Assembly (NCBI RefSeq): GCF_009914755.1
Contig: NC_060941.1
Strand: one strand, 5' to 3'
DNA length: 64,000 bases
From: the human T2T-CHM13v2.0 reference genome, Homo sapiens
Part shown: positions 42,975-61,531 of the stretch, one piece after another
Numbering within the stretch: position 1 is the stretch's first letter
How the letters are laid out: every line of letters begins with the position of its first letter
The notes under the pieces: model-generated
What the model was told of the DNA's origin: nothing
The model's input: only the letters and a program-made list of their open reading frames with translations
Database searches by the model: none
Translations under genes and position numbers: made by a program

Positions 42975-43388
42975 TTTTAATAACCTTTGAGGTACAAGTG
43001 GTTTTTGGTTACATGGATGAATTATATAGTAGTGAAGTCTGAGATTTTAGTGCAGGACCCATTGTCCAAGTAGTGTAAACTGTACCCAATATTAGTTTTT
43101 TATTCCTCACTCCCCTCTCACTTTCCCCACTTCTTAATTTTCTGCCATCACAATGTGTTGCCCAGGCTGGTTTCATGCCCTCACTTTCCCCACTTCTGAG
43201 TTTCCAAAGTCTATTACTCTGTACACCTTTGTGTACCCATAACTTACCTCCCTCTTGTAAGTGAAAACATATGGTATTTGATTTTCCATTCTTGAGTTAC
43301 TTCACTTAGAAAAATGGCCTCCAGCTCCATCCATGTTGTAGCAAAAGATGTGACTTCGTTCTTTGTTATGGCTGAATAGTATTCCATG

Positions 43389-43390
<2 letters not shown>
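42975..43390 (-). mobile_element. L1PB/L1MA-type 3' end containing a templated insertion
   Basis: gtacaagtggtttttggttacatggatgaattatatagtagtgaagtctgagattttagtgca...ggctgaatagtattccatgg, followed by (TG)n at 43391-43428. Confidence 0.88.
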
Positions 43391-43431
<41 letters not shown>

Positions 43432-43489
43432 CACATATATGATATATAATAATTATATATAATTTATCGTTATATGTAAAACAAAGCAA

Positions 43490-43577
43490 ATTTTTTATTT
43501 TTATAGAGACAGGGTCACAAAGTATTGCCCAGGCTGGTTTCATGCTCCTGGGCTCAAGTGAGCCACCACACCCAGCC
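43490..43577 (-). mobile_element. Truncated Alu left monomer (FLAM-like)
   Basis: tagagacagggtcacaaagtattgcccaggctgg...gagccaccacacccagcc. Confidence 0.8.
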
Positions 43578-43887
43578 AAAAATAAGTAATATTTCCCAGT
43601 TAGACATTTTCAGAGTAAAAAGTATTTGTTCAAAATCATAGCATGAATGGACTCTTCCAGAGACCTTTAACTGGCAGCATTTCCCCCTCAAACTTTAGTA
43701 CAGTTATAGGAATTGTTTCTGGATTTTTGGCTGTATATTCTTGTTCATGGCTCATGGACATTAACATATGTGAATGGCATCACTGTGTTTTTCCTAAAGT
43801 GCATACGAAGAAGAAAGAACACTTTCCTTTAGAGTCTTACTTAGATTCTAGTTAGCTGATATAAGACTGTTTTCTTTTCCTTTTCAG

Positions 43888-44087
43888 GTTGTAAACATGT
43901 TAAAGGCATCCTGTTATATGGACCCCCAGGTTGTGGTAAGACTCTCTTGGCTCGACAGATTGGCAAGATGTTGAATGCAAGAGAGCCCAAAGTGGTCAAT
44001 GGGCCAGAAATCCTTAACAAATATGTGGGAGAATCAGAGGCTAACATTCGCAAACTTTTTGCTGATGCTGAAGAGGAGCAAAGGAGG
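43888..44087 (+). CDS. NSF: NSF exon 9 (200 nt; [67 protein letters not shown]), D1 Walker A and pore loop
   Basis: Acceptor ccttttcag|GT and donor AGG|gtaatg; Walker A GPPGCGKT and pore loop KYVG; phase 1 to 0. Confidence 0.98.
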
Positions 44088-44617
44088 GTAATGTGAACAT
44101 AAGTGTGATTTAGTAAAAGTTTATCACTCGCTATACGATGAATGAGACCCAGAGTTATGGAGACAAACTTGTTGCTTTGATTTATATTTTGAAGCAACTT
44201 ACAGGTAAATTTACCTAGTACCTAGGTTATATATGGCACTGCACCAGGGACTGTGGAAGATTTACGTGATGAGCAGATGTTGTTGCCCACATATTCCTAT
44301 AAACAAAGGTAGGTGATTGTGTAAGCCAGAGGTTTTGCAAAAATAGGTCATGAATATATTTTCAGGTGACACTTTTATTCCATATTGCTTCCAGAGACTT
44401 GTGCTCATTTATCCTTTGGAAGAAAAGGGGAAATTAAATCCATAAATAGACTTATGAAATCGTATTATGTAAGGTTCATATGCAAAAAGCTATCTTACTT
44501 AACACTGAGTCTTGCTCAGTTATAGAGTGACAGGATTGAGTTGTCAGAGCTCAAAGGAAAGCTTGATTTGCGTCTCAGAAATGAAATTATTTAAAAATCA
44601 AGCTAGAATTTACTAAT

Positions 44618-45186
44618 TCTGATAGTTTTACATGTCAACTTGACTAGGACATAAAGTGCCTAAATATTTGGTAAAACATTTCGGTTGTGTCTGTGAGGAT
44701 GTTTCTGGATGAAATTAGCGTTTGAGTTGATAGACTGAATAAAGCAGATTGCCCTCCCTAATGTGGGCAGGCCCCATTCAATCAGTTTAAGGCCTGAACA
44801 GAACAAAAAGGCTTACTTTCCTGCAAGTAAGAGGGAATTTCGACTTGCCTGGTTACCCTGAGTTGGGACATTGGTTTGGATGCACACCGAAACATCAGCT
44901 CTTCCTGGCTTGGAGGCCTTTGGGCTGGAACTAAATAATGCGTATTAGCTCTCCTGGGTCACCAGGTTGCTGACAGCAGATCTTGGGACTTGTCAGCCTC
45001 TGAAATTGTAGATTTATCCCAAGGAATTGGCTAAAACGATTATGGAGGCTGACATATATATGTGGGTGTATATGCATACATACATATTCATAGAGATTTA
45101 TCATAAGGAAAACACACACACACACACACACATACACGAACATTCTATTGGTTCTGTTTGTCTGTTCTGATTAATTATCCTAATAC
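44618..45186 (+). mobile_element. MLT2-type (ERVL) solo LTR
   Basis: tgtcaacttgactagg...gtgtctgtgaggatgtttctggatgaaattagc...gcagattgccctccctaatgtgggcaggcc...ctattggttctgtt. Confidence 0.85.
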
Positions 45187-45699
45187 TAACATATTTTTTT
45201 CATTGACAGTTTAAGAACAATGCCATGAGATTTCTGGTTCTAGCAATGCAGTAGACTAGGTAACCAGAAAACCTTCCTTCTATAAACACCTTCAAATGCT
45301 AGGTATACACTGTACCCCTTAAATATGCACAGTTATGTGCCAATTAAACACAAAATAAAACTTTTAAAAGTTCTGGGTAAAACATAACTGAAATCATTTT
45401 AAATGCATAATTGAGCTCTTCAGAAAGAAAACTGGATCTCCAGGAAATTAGAGTCGTGAGATACGGGCTGCAGCTTTTGGTTTCATAATGTATGGGTTTG
45501 GGTTTTAGTACCCACTAGGGAACAGAACATGAGTCCTTGAATCCATTTACAGTGTGGACTAGGAACTGGTACCTTCAAAGGGGTTGTGTCTATGAAAAGA
45601 GTGGACTAGAAAATATCTGCTGCCACCACAGGGAAATTAACAAAAAATATTTAACTGCCTGGGTTCTGGAATGGAAGCTGGGAAATCTCCTATGGGAAT

Positions 45700-46005
<306 letters not shown>

Positions 46006-46119
46006 TCCCATGGGAATTGTAAACCATGGATCCTTGTTCATGCTGGTTTAGAATTTGAATGAATGTATGCTACCTATGTGGCTTGAAACCCGAAGCTGAG
46101 AAATTAGTTAAAAAAATTA

Positions 46120-46280
46120 TTCAGGTGCAGTGGCTCATGCCTGTAGTCTCAGCTACTTGGAAGGCTGAGATGGAAGGGTCACTAGAACCCAGGAGTTCTA
46201 GGCTGCAGTGAGCTCTCATTGTGCCATTGCACTCCAACCTGGGTGACAGTGCAAGACCCTATGTTAAGGAAGAAAAAAAT
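46120..46280 (+). mobile_element. FRAM/Alu monomer
   Basis: Diverged single arm. Confidence 0.75.
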
Positions 46281-48868
46281 TAGTCCTGGGCTAGTGATAG
46301 CATAAGTTGTCAGATATAAGCAAACCCCAGGGGGTGCTCCAACAACCTAGGCTGAAAGGAATAGAAAAAGTAGTCATGAAAATTTAAAACTCAGCAACCA
46401 AGTTTAAGATAAGACAACAAATTTCAGCTGAAGAGAGAAGTGGTAAACAGAAGAATAAACCTAAAGAAATCACCCAGAATGTAGCACAGAGAGATAAAGG
46501 GATGGAGAAGATGAAAGTTGAGATGAGAGAGTTAAAACAAGAAGTCCAGATAGAATAGTGTAGAGGCATTATTCAAAAAGAGAATGACTAAGAATATTCT
46601 AGAATTAATAAAGACATAAGTACTCAGATTCAGGTAGCACCATGAGCCTATATGGGATAAATGAAAATTAACTTATTTCTAGACTTGTTATAGGAGAATG
46701 CCAAAGAAAAAAAATCTTAGTAACAAAAGAAAGACATGGAGATGACTTACAAAGGGGTATCCATTATGTTGATAGCAAACTTTTCCATGACAGAAAGAGA
46801 GAACAAAAAACAGTAGAATAATATCTTCAGAGAGCTAAGTGAAAATAACTGTCAACTTAAAAGTTAATACCCAGCTTAATTCTCATTCAGGAATGAGGGT
46901 GAAATAAAGACTTTTTTTCTTCAGGCAAAGGATAATAGAATTAACTAGTTGCAGAAGCTTGTTGGAAGATTATGAAGCAAGATGTACTGAGACTGAAGGA
47001 AGTTGAACCCAGAAGGAAACAGTAGAGCCAAGAAACAATGATGAGCAATGAAATTGGTGAAAATATAGATAAAGTCTGGGAGTTCTACTTCTAGTAGTGG
47101 CAAATTAGGTCATTTGAGTCATGTGTTCCACTGAAGACTACCAGAAAAGCTCAACACAATATTTAAACATGTTTTGCTTGAAGGTATCAAAGAAGAAAAA
47201 TGGAGGCCTAGAACAAAGGTCCTCCTGGTATACTGGGTCACTGTTCCTCTCGAGATATTAGCCAGTTCTGCAGGAAGCTGCTAAAACCTAAGCAGCCCTT
47301 TTGACAGGCTAGTGGGAGTAATGGGGGCAGAGATTAGTGCCCATGGCCCCTAAGGAGGGGACACCTGATGAACATAACTCATTTTGAGTCAAGACCCTGA
47401 AGGGCTACACCATAGGAGCAAGGGTTAACCAGGAGTAGACATACTCTCACTGAGGCTGCAGATCAGCTTTGAATCATGTCAGTCCCTAAAATTAGATTGA
47501 GGGTTCCTAAATTGCTAGTGCCCCTAGGCATCTGGCAGAATTGTAAATCCTTCCTGGAAGAAAGTGGTATCATGTAAGGTCACAAATTGTTTCTAGTTTG
47601 CAAATGCAATGTCTGGCTTATAATCAAAAGCAACTGGAAACAGATACACAAACAACATCAAGAAAAAGAAAAGATGGTTCAAACAGCCTCTAGATATTGG
47701 AATTCTCAGATACAGACTTTTGAAATAATTATACTTACCACATTCAAGGGGATAAAAGACAAGACAGATTTTTGGCAGAGAACTGGAAACTAAAAATAAA
47801 CAAATATAAATTCTAGAACTGAGAAAATCAGTAAGTAAAATTAACTCAAGTGAATGAGTTTAAATAGCAGGTTAGACACATCTGAAGAGAGAATTAGTGT
47901 ACTGAAAGATATAAGATGAAAATAACCAGAGACAAAGAATGAAAGGAATTAAGAGAGAGTAAGAGAGAGAGAGAGAGAGAGAGAATACCGTTTAAAGGTC
48001 TGGTGCGTGTATTTAAAGTTCCAGAAAGGCAAGAGAAAGAGGATGAATCAAAATCAGGATTTGAAGAGAAAATGGTTTAGAACTTTCTAAAACTGATGGA
48101 AAACATTAGTCCATAAATTGCAGAAATGATATGAACCCTGAGCAGGAGAAATACCAAAGAACTCTACATATATAGGCATTATTGTTAAATTGCTGAAAAC
48201 CAAAAATGAGAAAAATCTTAAAAGGAGCTAGAGAGCAAAGGAAAATTACCTTCAAATAAGCAACAACTAGCTAGTAGCTGTCTTCTCAATAGAAATGATG
48301 GAAACAAAAAGTCAATCAAAGGCCATTTTTAAAGAGCTGAAAGAAAATAACTGTCAACTTAGAATTTTATATCCAGTAAATGGATGAATGATCATAGAAA
48401 TATATAATGGAATACAAGGCAGTAATGAAAATAAATAGCCTACAGCTATATACAGTTGTGAATCTCACAAATAAATTATTGAGCAAAAGAAACCAGATTT
48501 CAAAAAACACATACTGTGTGATTCCATTTATAGAGAGCTTACCTAAAGTATAGTGTTTAACAACACATGCTTGGGTGGTAAAACTATAAAGGAAAATGAA
48601 TTATTACCATAAAAATCAGATTGTGGTTACCCATGGGGAAAGGTCAGGGAGGAGTGCTTGGGAGGGGTTGTGAGGAGGTGCTCCCAGGATGCTAGCAGTA
48701 TTCTGTTTCTTATGATTACGTAGGCGTTCATTTTGTGACAGTTCATTGAGGCATATATTCACATTTTGTAACTTTTCTCTATGTGTGATGTATTTTGCAA
48801 TTAAAAGTTTTAAAAATAAATTTTAATAGCATTCACTGAGAAAAACAATAATGATATGAATATTTTTA

Positions 48869-49327
<459 letters not shown>

Positions 49328-50684
49328 TCAAAGACAATGTGATGATAATAAAAAGGTAATTTTAAAAACAATTTCATTTATAGCAGAAATCAGAATGTAA
49401 AGTGCCTAGGATTCGATCTAGCAGGAAATGTGCAAGACCTTTAAGGAGAAAATTCTAAACATTTTTGAAAATCTTTTTTTAAGCAGCTAATAAATGGTAA
49501 GATATAACATGTTCATGTATGGGAGAACTGACAATGTCATAAAAATGAGTTCTGCCCATCTTGGTCTGTAAGTTGAGTGTATTTCCAGTGAAGCCTAATA
49601 GGAATTTTTTAACATTTGACAACTTGATTCTAATTTTTTTTGAGGCTTGAAGAGTTATGAGAATTTTGAAGAATAATGAAGATTTACTTTTATCACATAT
49701 CAAGACTTACTAGAAAGCAATAGTAATTGAAACAATGTTATATATTCATGCAAAAACAGACCAAGGAAACAATAGAACACAGGAAGGAAGAGCCTGCTCT
49801 ATGACAAGTGATGATACAGATCAGAGGGGAGTAATAGGCTGGCTGTGCCTTAAACGGAGCTGAGATAATTGACTACCTATTTGGAAAAAGATAAAATGCA
49901 ATTCCTACCTCACAGCATACAAAATTGCAAGTGGATTTACAAAAAAACAAAAACATAAAAGCCTACTAAAATTTATAGGAGGAAAACTTATTTAGAAGAA
50001 AAATAGGCAAAAATGTTTTAAGATTTGAGGCTAGGGAAGAATTGATACAGAAAGTAAATCCATTGGAAGTGTTAATTTGGCTACATTAATATAAAGAAAA
50101 TTCTGTATGACAAATTACACTGAATACAAATGTCTCAAACTGGGAGAAGATATTTGCAGTGTATATAATCTACAAAGAATTGGCATCCTCTATAATAAAT
50201 TCTCTATAAAAAGTCTTGTATAATAAGAAAAATATAAATACCACAATTTAAAAAAACTGTCGAAGGATTTAACACGTAGTTCTCAGAGAAAGAACACAAT
50301 TGAAGAAAAGCAAATGAAAAGATATTCAGGAAAATGTATAATAAAAGAGGGATTATTTCTTAAACAACCTGGCAAAATTTACAACAGCTGGTAAAACCAA
50401 GAGTTTGTGGGGTTATGGAGAAACAAGGTCTCATATACATTGCTAGTTGGAGTATAAACTAGAAGAATATACCAAGTGGGTAGTATCTTGCAAATAAATT
50501 TGACATCTTACAAAAATGAAAATGCACAAACCCCATGAGTTCTACTTCAAGACCACTACCTATGATAAACAACATGACATGTACCAGGATGTTGATTGTC
50601 ATGCTATTTGTAATAGAGGAAAAAGAAACATCATTACTCTTCCTTAGTAGGAAATGGAATAGCATACAGATATTAAAATGAATA

Positions 50685-50975
50685 TGCTGAGCACAGTGGC
50701 CCACGCCTGTAATCCCAGCACTTCAGGATGCCAAGGCAGAGGATCATTTGAGCCCAGGAGTTGAAGACCATCATGGGCAACATAGTGAGACCCCACCTCT
50801 ACAAAAATTAAAAATTAGCCAGGCATGGTGGCACATTCCTGTGGTCCCAGCCACTTAGGAGGCTGAGGTGGGATGGTCACTTGTGCCGGGGAGGTCAAGG
50901 CTGCAGTGAGCTGTGATAGTGCCACTGCACTCCCGCTTGGGCAACAGAATGAGACCCTGTCTCAAAAAAATAAAA
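50685..50975 (+). mobile_element. AluJ-like
   Basis: Sense dimer; TSD taaaatgaata. Confidence 0.9.
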
Positions 50976-51594
50976 TGAATAATAGATTTACATAGATCGA
51001 CATGAATAACACTCAGAAATATAACATCTCGTCTTCAAAAAAAAAACCTAGTAAGCTGTACTGAATTAATCTATCCTACCATTTAAAATTTTTGTTGAGG
51101 GTAAAATAATATTAAATATTCCCTTTATAGCAATCCTCTTAGTGCTTTAAGTCTGCTTGTTGGGTCCTTAATTGTTTCAATTTTATACAAGGTCGTTTCC
51201 TTTCCTGCTTTCCAGCATTTCATTAAGTTCTTGTTCAGGTCTCCAGCTAGATCAGTCTCATTGGTTCTAGCAGGTGTGGGTCTTGGTGGGTTGGTGCAAG
51301 TCCATTCACTATTTCAACTCTTCAGAAAGTCCCGGAACCAGTCAGTTTTGCAGTTCATTCCTAATACTAAGATTGTTTCTGCTTCACTTATCTTTTTAAC
51401 TTACCTCAGTGTACCAAGAAAAACAGTCATCACCATATACTATCTAGGTTGAATAAACTCCGCTTAAAAATTATTTTAGATTATTTTCCAAATAATTTAC
51501 AAAATACAAGAATAAAGAGATAAAAAACTATTAAAAATTAAATAAGAACTTAAATATATAAATAAAATTTTTATGCCATGTTTCCCTGGTCTTG

Positions 51595-52502
<908 letters not shown>

Positions 52503-53455
52503 TATACCCCAAATGGGCAGGAGCCTCTGAATGCAGTAACTGTTCATCAGCTGTCCTGCATGAACTTACAAATACTGATTCTAAGTTTCAAATACATCTT
52601 TGTTGGCTTCTAAATTATTATTACTTCTGGTTCTTCTTGCACTTACAGCATCAAAACATAATGCTTTAAGAATTTTTTTGAGATCTTTGGCTCCTAATTT
52701 TGTTGAAGAGAGGATGACCATTATATGTTCCACAGTTGCAAAACATTTTTATTTTTAGATTTGTAGATACCTTTCAGAATGATCAATTCTGTTTTTTATG
52801 GTCAATCCAATTTTTTAATGTCTACTTCATCTATTTCTTCTGGCTATCTCTCTGTAATACCTGCCTTCAGCATCTGTCTACTTTTAAACTATATCAAGAA
52901 AATTTGGTGCACAAATGAAATAAAAGATGAAAGAATACTGTCATGTGTCCTTTTAGCAAAATGGGATGGCCTCATTTCTTGTCACAAGATATTCCACAAA
53001 GAAGACTTTCTATTGAATAAGTAACTGAATGAAAATGCTTTGTCCTTAGATTAAAAGTATATTATTCACTCATTGATTCTTGAGTTTGAGAAAATGTATG
53101 TAGGGCATCATCATCTGAAGACACATAGACTGAGATTTTACTTATAATCATCAATTTCAGCATCTTTATTAGAGTCCTAAGTGCTCCTATCTTATTCTTT
53201 GTGTTCAACTTCTGACTCATCTAATAATTCTAAAACAGTTTCCTCAGATTTTCTTCGTCATTCTGGCTAGAGAACTTACAAATGTTAATGCTTAATCGTA
53301 TTCAATAAAATGTAGAATGAGGTCACAAAAGATGTTAGCTCCAGACTTCTTTTATGCCTTCTTGAAAGATAACACATATCTTGCACAACACAGTAAGAAA
53401 ACTGAAGAGTGATGTCATAGTGATACTTGTTTCACTGTTTCTAAGTAATTTAGTC

Positions 53456-54302
53456 ATTTTTTATTATACTTTAAGTTCTGGGATACATGTGCAGAACTTG
53501 CAGGTTTGTTACATAGGTATACACATGCCATGGTGACTGGCTGCACCCATCAACCCGTCATCTACATTAGGTATTTCTCCTAATGCTATCCCTCCCCTAG
53601 CCCCCCCACCCACTGACAGGCCCCAGTGTATGATGTTCCCCTCCCTGTGACCATGTGTTCTCATTGTTCATTTCCCACTTATGAGTGAGAACATGTGGTG
53701 TTTGGTTTTCTGGTCCTGTGTTGGTTTGCTGAGAATGATGGTTTCCAGCTTCATCCATGTCCCTGCCAAGGACATGAACTCATCTGTTTTTATGGCTGCA
53801 TGGTATTCCATGTGCCACGTTTTCTTTATCTAGTCTATCGTTGATGGGCATTTGGGTTGGTTCCAAGTCTTTGCTATTGTGAACAGTGCCTCAATAAACA
53901 TGTGTGCATGTGTCTTTATAGTCGAATGATTGTAATGGGATTGCTGGGTCAAATGGTATTTCTGGTTCTGGATCCTTCAGGAATCACCACACTGTTGAAA
54001 CAGCATGGTACTGTTACCAAAACAGATACATAGACCAAAGGAACAGAACAGAGGCCTCAGAAATAATGCCACACATCTACAACCATCTGATCTTTGACAA
54101 ACCTGACAAAAACAAGCAATGGGGAAAGGATTCCCTATTTAATAAATGGTGTTGGGAAAACTGGCTAGCCATATGCAGAAAATTATACAAAAATTAACTC
54201 AAGATGGTTTAAAGATTTAAATGTAAGACCTAAAACCGTAAAAATCCTAAAAAAAACCGTAGGCAATACCTTTCAGGACATAGGCATGGGCAAAGACTTC
54301 AT
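53456..54302 (-). mobile_element. Primate L1PA-type element, 5'-truncated with 5' inversion (twin priming)
   Basis: 53456-53995 is an antisense L1 3' end (ttattatactttaagttctgggatacatgtgcag...); 53998-54302 is sense ORF2 sequence (aaacagcatggtactg...ggcaaagacttcat). Confidence 0.9.
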
Positions 54303-55984
54303 TCTTCTATTTTCTTATTTTAATCCTTTTTAAGCATAGTTGAGAATAATTGATGAGTAATGATGTAATTTCTAGTGTGATGAAATAGCATAATGTGTCT
54401 TAGATTCATAAAAAGATCTAGTAGATCCAAATGGCAATTGTAAGATAGAATTTTATTCTATTTTTTTAAATATTGGGTTTTTTGTTTTGTTTGTTTGCTC
54501 TTTGGAAAAAGGAAAAAAGTCATGAGATATCAATTTTTATAAATAGTACTACTTAAAACAGAAACTCAGAAACTGAGATTGGGTCTAACGGACCCTAATG
54601 AGATACTGAGGATTAAACACTAGGCAGAAGTGAGTTAAAATGCCATATGGAGAAGCATTTTATAACATCTCAGTTGTGATAGTTAACCACATGGCTGCAT
54701 AGGTAACTTTGGTGCTGTTTTTAAAGTTGCAAGCAATTTAAATATTAAACTACTGATGATAAAATTGAGTTAGCAAAGAATTTCCAGTTCGATATTAATT
54801 ATAGCCAGCCTTTTCAGTTATACCTTTCTCACATCCAGAAATGGCTTGATGTACTCAGCTAATGACCTCATGCAGGATATATATGTGTGTTACATAATAA
54901 AGAAAAACATCACTTCTGTAATTTTGGACAGTCCACACTGACGGAGATGAACACTTGCATATAGGTCAAACTAGTTAAATATAGAACAGCCGCTTTTGAA
55001 AGCTGTTGCCAGGGCTCAACAGCGTCAGCTCTGTTTCTATGGAGAAAGACTTTGCAGATGTTAAAAACAGAGCTAGAAGCCAATGAATGGAAGAGGATTG
55101 TGCTGTGGAAATTTAATTTTTTTGATAAAGGGTTTATTGATGAATCAGCTATATTAGTCTGTGAACGTTAATCTTGACATCTTCTTTACCCAATTCCCAA
55201 TTTCTTGGAATAAGATCTTGCTTTTATTTAAGTAACACACAATGTAAAATTTGATGTTATTGTACTGACTAGGTGGGGTAAGGGACCTGATGACAGGTAA
55301 CAAGATTAGTAAGGTTCTGAAAAGGTCAGAATTGTACTGAATTATGTTTAGAACAGATTGCCTCCGTGATCATTTAATCAAACAGTGTTCGTATTGTCTT
55401 TGTCCTTGTCCACATACGTGATTTTTGAGGTTGGGCTGAGAAGGAAATCATGATTCCATCAACAACATAAGGCACATTGACAGTAAAACTCATATATTAT
55501 AGCAGCTTTTTGTTTCATGCTGTATAGGGCAGACAACCTTGAAGAAAAAAAAAACTTTAAAAAATAATGTAAAATTTCACAGTTTTTCAGTCACAAACAG
55601 AAGTATCCTTGTTGTCACTGAAGATGACAAGAATTAATATCCTGCTGTATAGAAGTACTTTGGCAAAGTTAAGGTTGTAGTTCCAATTCCTCATTTCCAA
55701 TTTTTTCTCCAGATGGAAAGATGAACAGTTTTTGGTATTGAATTTTTTTTTAGGAAGCAAGTTATTTATCATTAGATATCTATTCAGTAAATGCAATGAT
55801 ACAGAAAAATGAAGTTTTTTTCCCTCAGATTTGAAATTAGGTTTTAAAATATGGAGGGAGAACAATTTGTAAGTAATGTTCAGGAACAAAAATAAAACCT
55901 AATGAAACTTTAGAAACTTTGATGGACATCTGTCATCCTACATACAATTGCATTAAAGAATAGAATTTATTATTATTTTATCTG

Positions 55985-56465
55985 GTTTATTATGCTGTAA
56001 AATGAATTTTTCTCTTTTTGTATGTAGTTTTATGAAATTTCATACATGTATAGATTCATGGAACCACTGTAAAAATCAGGATGTAGAACATTTGCATCAC
56101 CCCCAAAAACTCCTTCATGCAGTCCCTTACTGGTCACCCTTTCTTTTTAGTAACCCTGGTAACTACCAATGTGTTCTCCATCCCTGTAGTTTTATCTTTT
56201 CAAGAATGTCATATAAATGGCGTCATACACTATGTAACCTTTGGGGACTGGCTGTCTTCAGCATAATGCCTTTGAGATTCATCCAAGTTGTTGCATGTGT
56301 CAAACATCCCTTTTTATTGTTGAATAGTATTTAATTGTGTGGGTGTACTATCATTTGTTTATCTCTTGACCCACTGAAGGCCAATTGGGTTGTTTTCTAG
56401 TTTGGGGCAATTATGAGCAGAGCTGCTATAAACCAAGTAGTGGAATTTTTAGGTCATATAGCATT
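55985..56465 (-). mobile_element. L1MB/ME-type 3' fragment
   Basis: catgtatagattcatggaaccactg...cagcataatgcctttgagattcatccaagttgttgcatg. Confidence 0.8.
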
Positions 56466-57399
56466 TTATCTATTTTTTATTTAAAAATATATATTCAGGG
56501 TTTGTTTTTGACCCAGTTGAATTTCCTTCAGGTCATTTTTGGAACTCTTTCTTCCTATGTCTGATGTAACATTTCATCTTTCATCTTTGTCATTTTTTTA
56601 TTCCCCCTTTTCTTCAGATTACTATAGGTATATTCTGGTATTGTAGCCCAGAATCTGTCCTGCTTTTATATTCCTCCAGCTTAATTATATGATCCATCTT
56701 CTTACGGTATCTACGGCTTGCTACAAGACTATTCTTTACTATTTGCAGAAGACGTTCAGATGTATCTTGCTATCCTTTTTTATTCAGTTGTGTATATCTT
56801 GTTCTCTATTTGGAGGCCTTTCCAAATAGATGTCTTGTTAACTCTTTAATCTTATCATGCTAGAAACAAACAAACAAACAAAAAAAATTCCCTTGTATCT
56901 TTTCCCTTCTGCAGCTTCCTTATCATACTACAGGGTAATTTCTTTTCTTCACTGTCAGTCTTCCACCCTACATGCAAGCAATAATCAAATCTAGCATTTG
57001 CTGTTTGGTCATCACCACTCCTGTCACCAAAATTCTCATTCTGTTTAGATTCTGCTTGCCTCATTTATGTACCATTATTTGTTTCTCACTGACCTTCCAA
57101 GTGCATACTCCTTTTCATCCTAAAGCCAAGAATAAAATCATTTTATATAAAGAGCATTCTACTTTGCAGTTCATTTACTGATGTCCTCTGTTTCAGTAGG
57201 AAGGCCTAATTCTAGATTTCAGTCTGTCATGATAGTACTATAACTTCTGCTTCTCACATTAGGTAAATTTTATTATCCCTTTTATAGGACCTTGACTGCC
57301 TCTGGGCCTTCTGTTCAGTTGAACCCACATGCTTCTAACTTCTTAGCTATTAGACCCTCTCTTTCCCCTTTTATATGTCTTTGTTTTGGTACAGCTTCT

Positions 57400-59790
<2,391 letters not shown>

Positions 59791-59796
59791 ATCATC

Positions 59797-60306
<510 letters not shown>

Positions 60307-60419
60307 TCAAAGAATAATATTCAAGAGAATACAAGGTGCAGTAAGTTCTTAATATTTAGTTAAAATATAGAAATCTGTGGACCATTAACAGCACTTATCT
60401 TTAGGTAATGTAATGATGT

Positions 60420-60690
60420 TTTATAGATGGGTCTTTATTGATGGGATGTCACTATGTTGCCCAGGCTGGTCTTGAACTCCTGGCCTGAAGCAGTCTTCCC
60501 ACCTCTGCTTTCCAAGTAGCTGGGATTACAGGCACAAGCCATGGCAAATGTAGTATATTTTAATTTATGTTTTTAGTGATGGAATCTCACTGTGTTGCCC
60601 AGGCTGGACTCCAGCTCCTGGGCTCAAGGATTCCTCCAGCCTCAGCCTCCAGAGTAGCTGGGACTATAGGCACGTACCACTCTGCCCAGC
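60420..60690 (-). mobile_element. Two diverged Alu monomer fragments
   Basis: tgttgcccaggctgg...agtagctgggattacaggc occurs twice. Confidence 0.75.
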
Positions 60691-60745
60691 TTTATTTTTA
60701 CACTTTATTGGTTTTACAACTTTTGCTCTGTTAACAAATCTACTA

Positions 60746-61095
<350 letters not shown>

Positions 61096-61235
61096 ACGAT
61101 TATATCCTTATCGGAGATTTAATGGATACTAACCATATTTAATCCTCAGTCTCATTATGCTCATTTAATTTTTATTATCCGTATGTTGTCATATTTAGGT
61201 TATGTTCATTTTTTACCAGTTTTGTTAATCCCTAG

Positions 61236-61531
<296 letters not shown>

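Noticed and set aside
43841-44197. 118-aa minus-strand ORF over exon 9 (also 12682..12969 over exon 8)
   Set aside because: Antisense shadow of NSF coding exons; no independent support.
54350-54430. RTGATGA box-C-like motifs suggesting an intronic C/D snoRNA
   Set aside because: No suitably placed CTGA box D or terminal stem.
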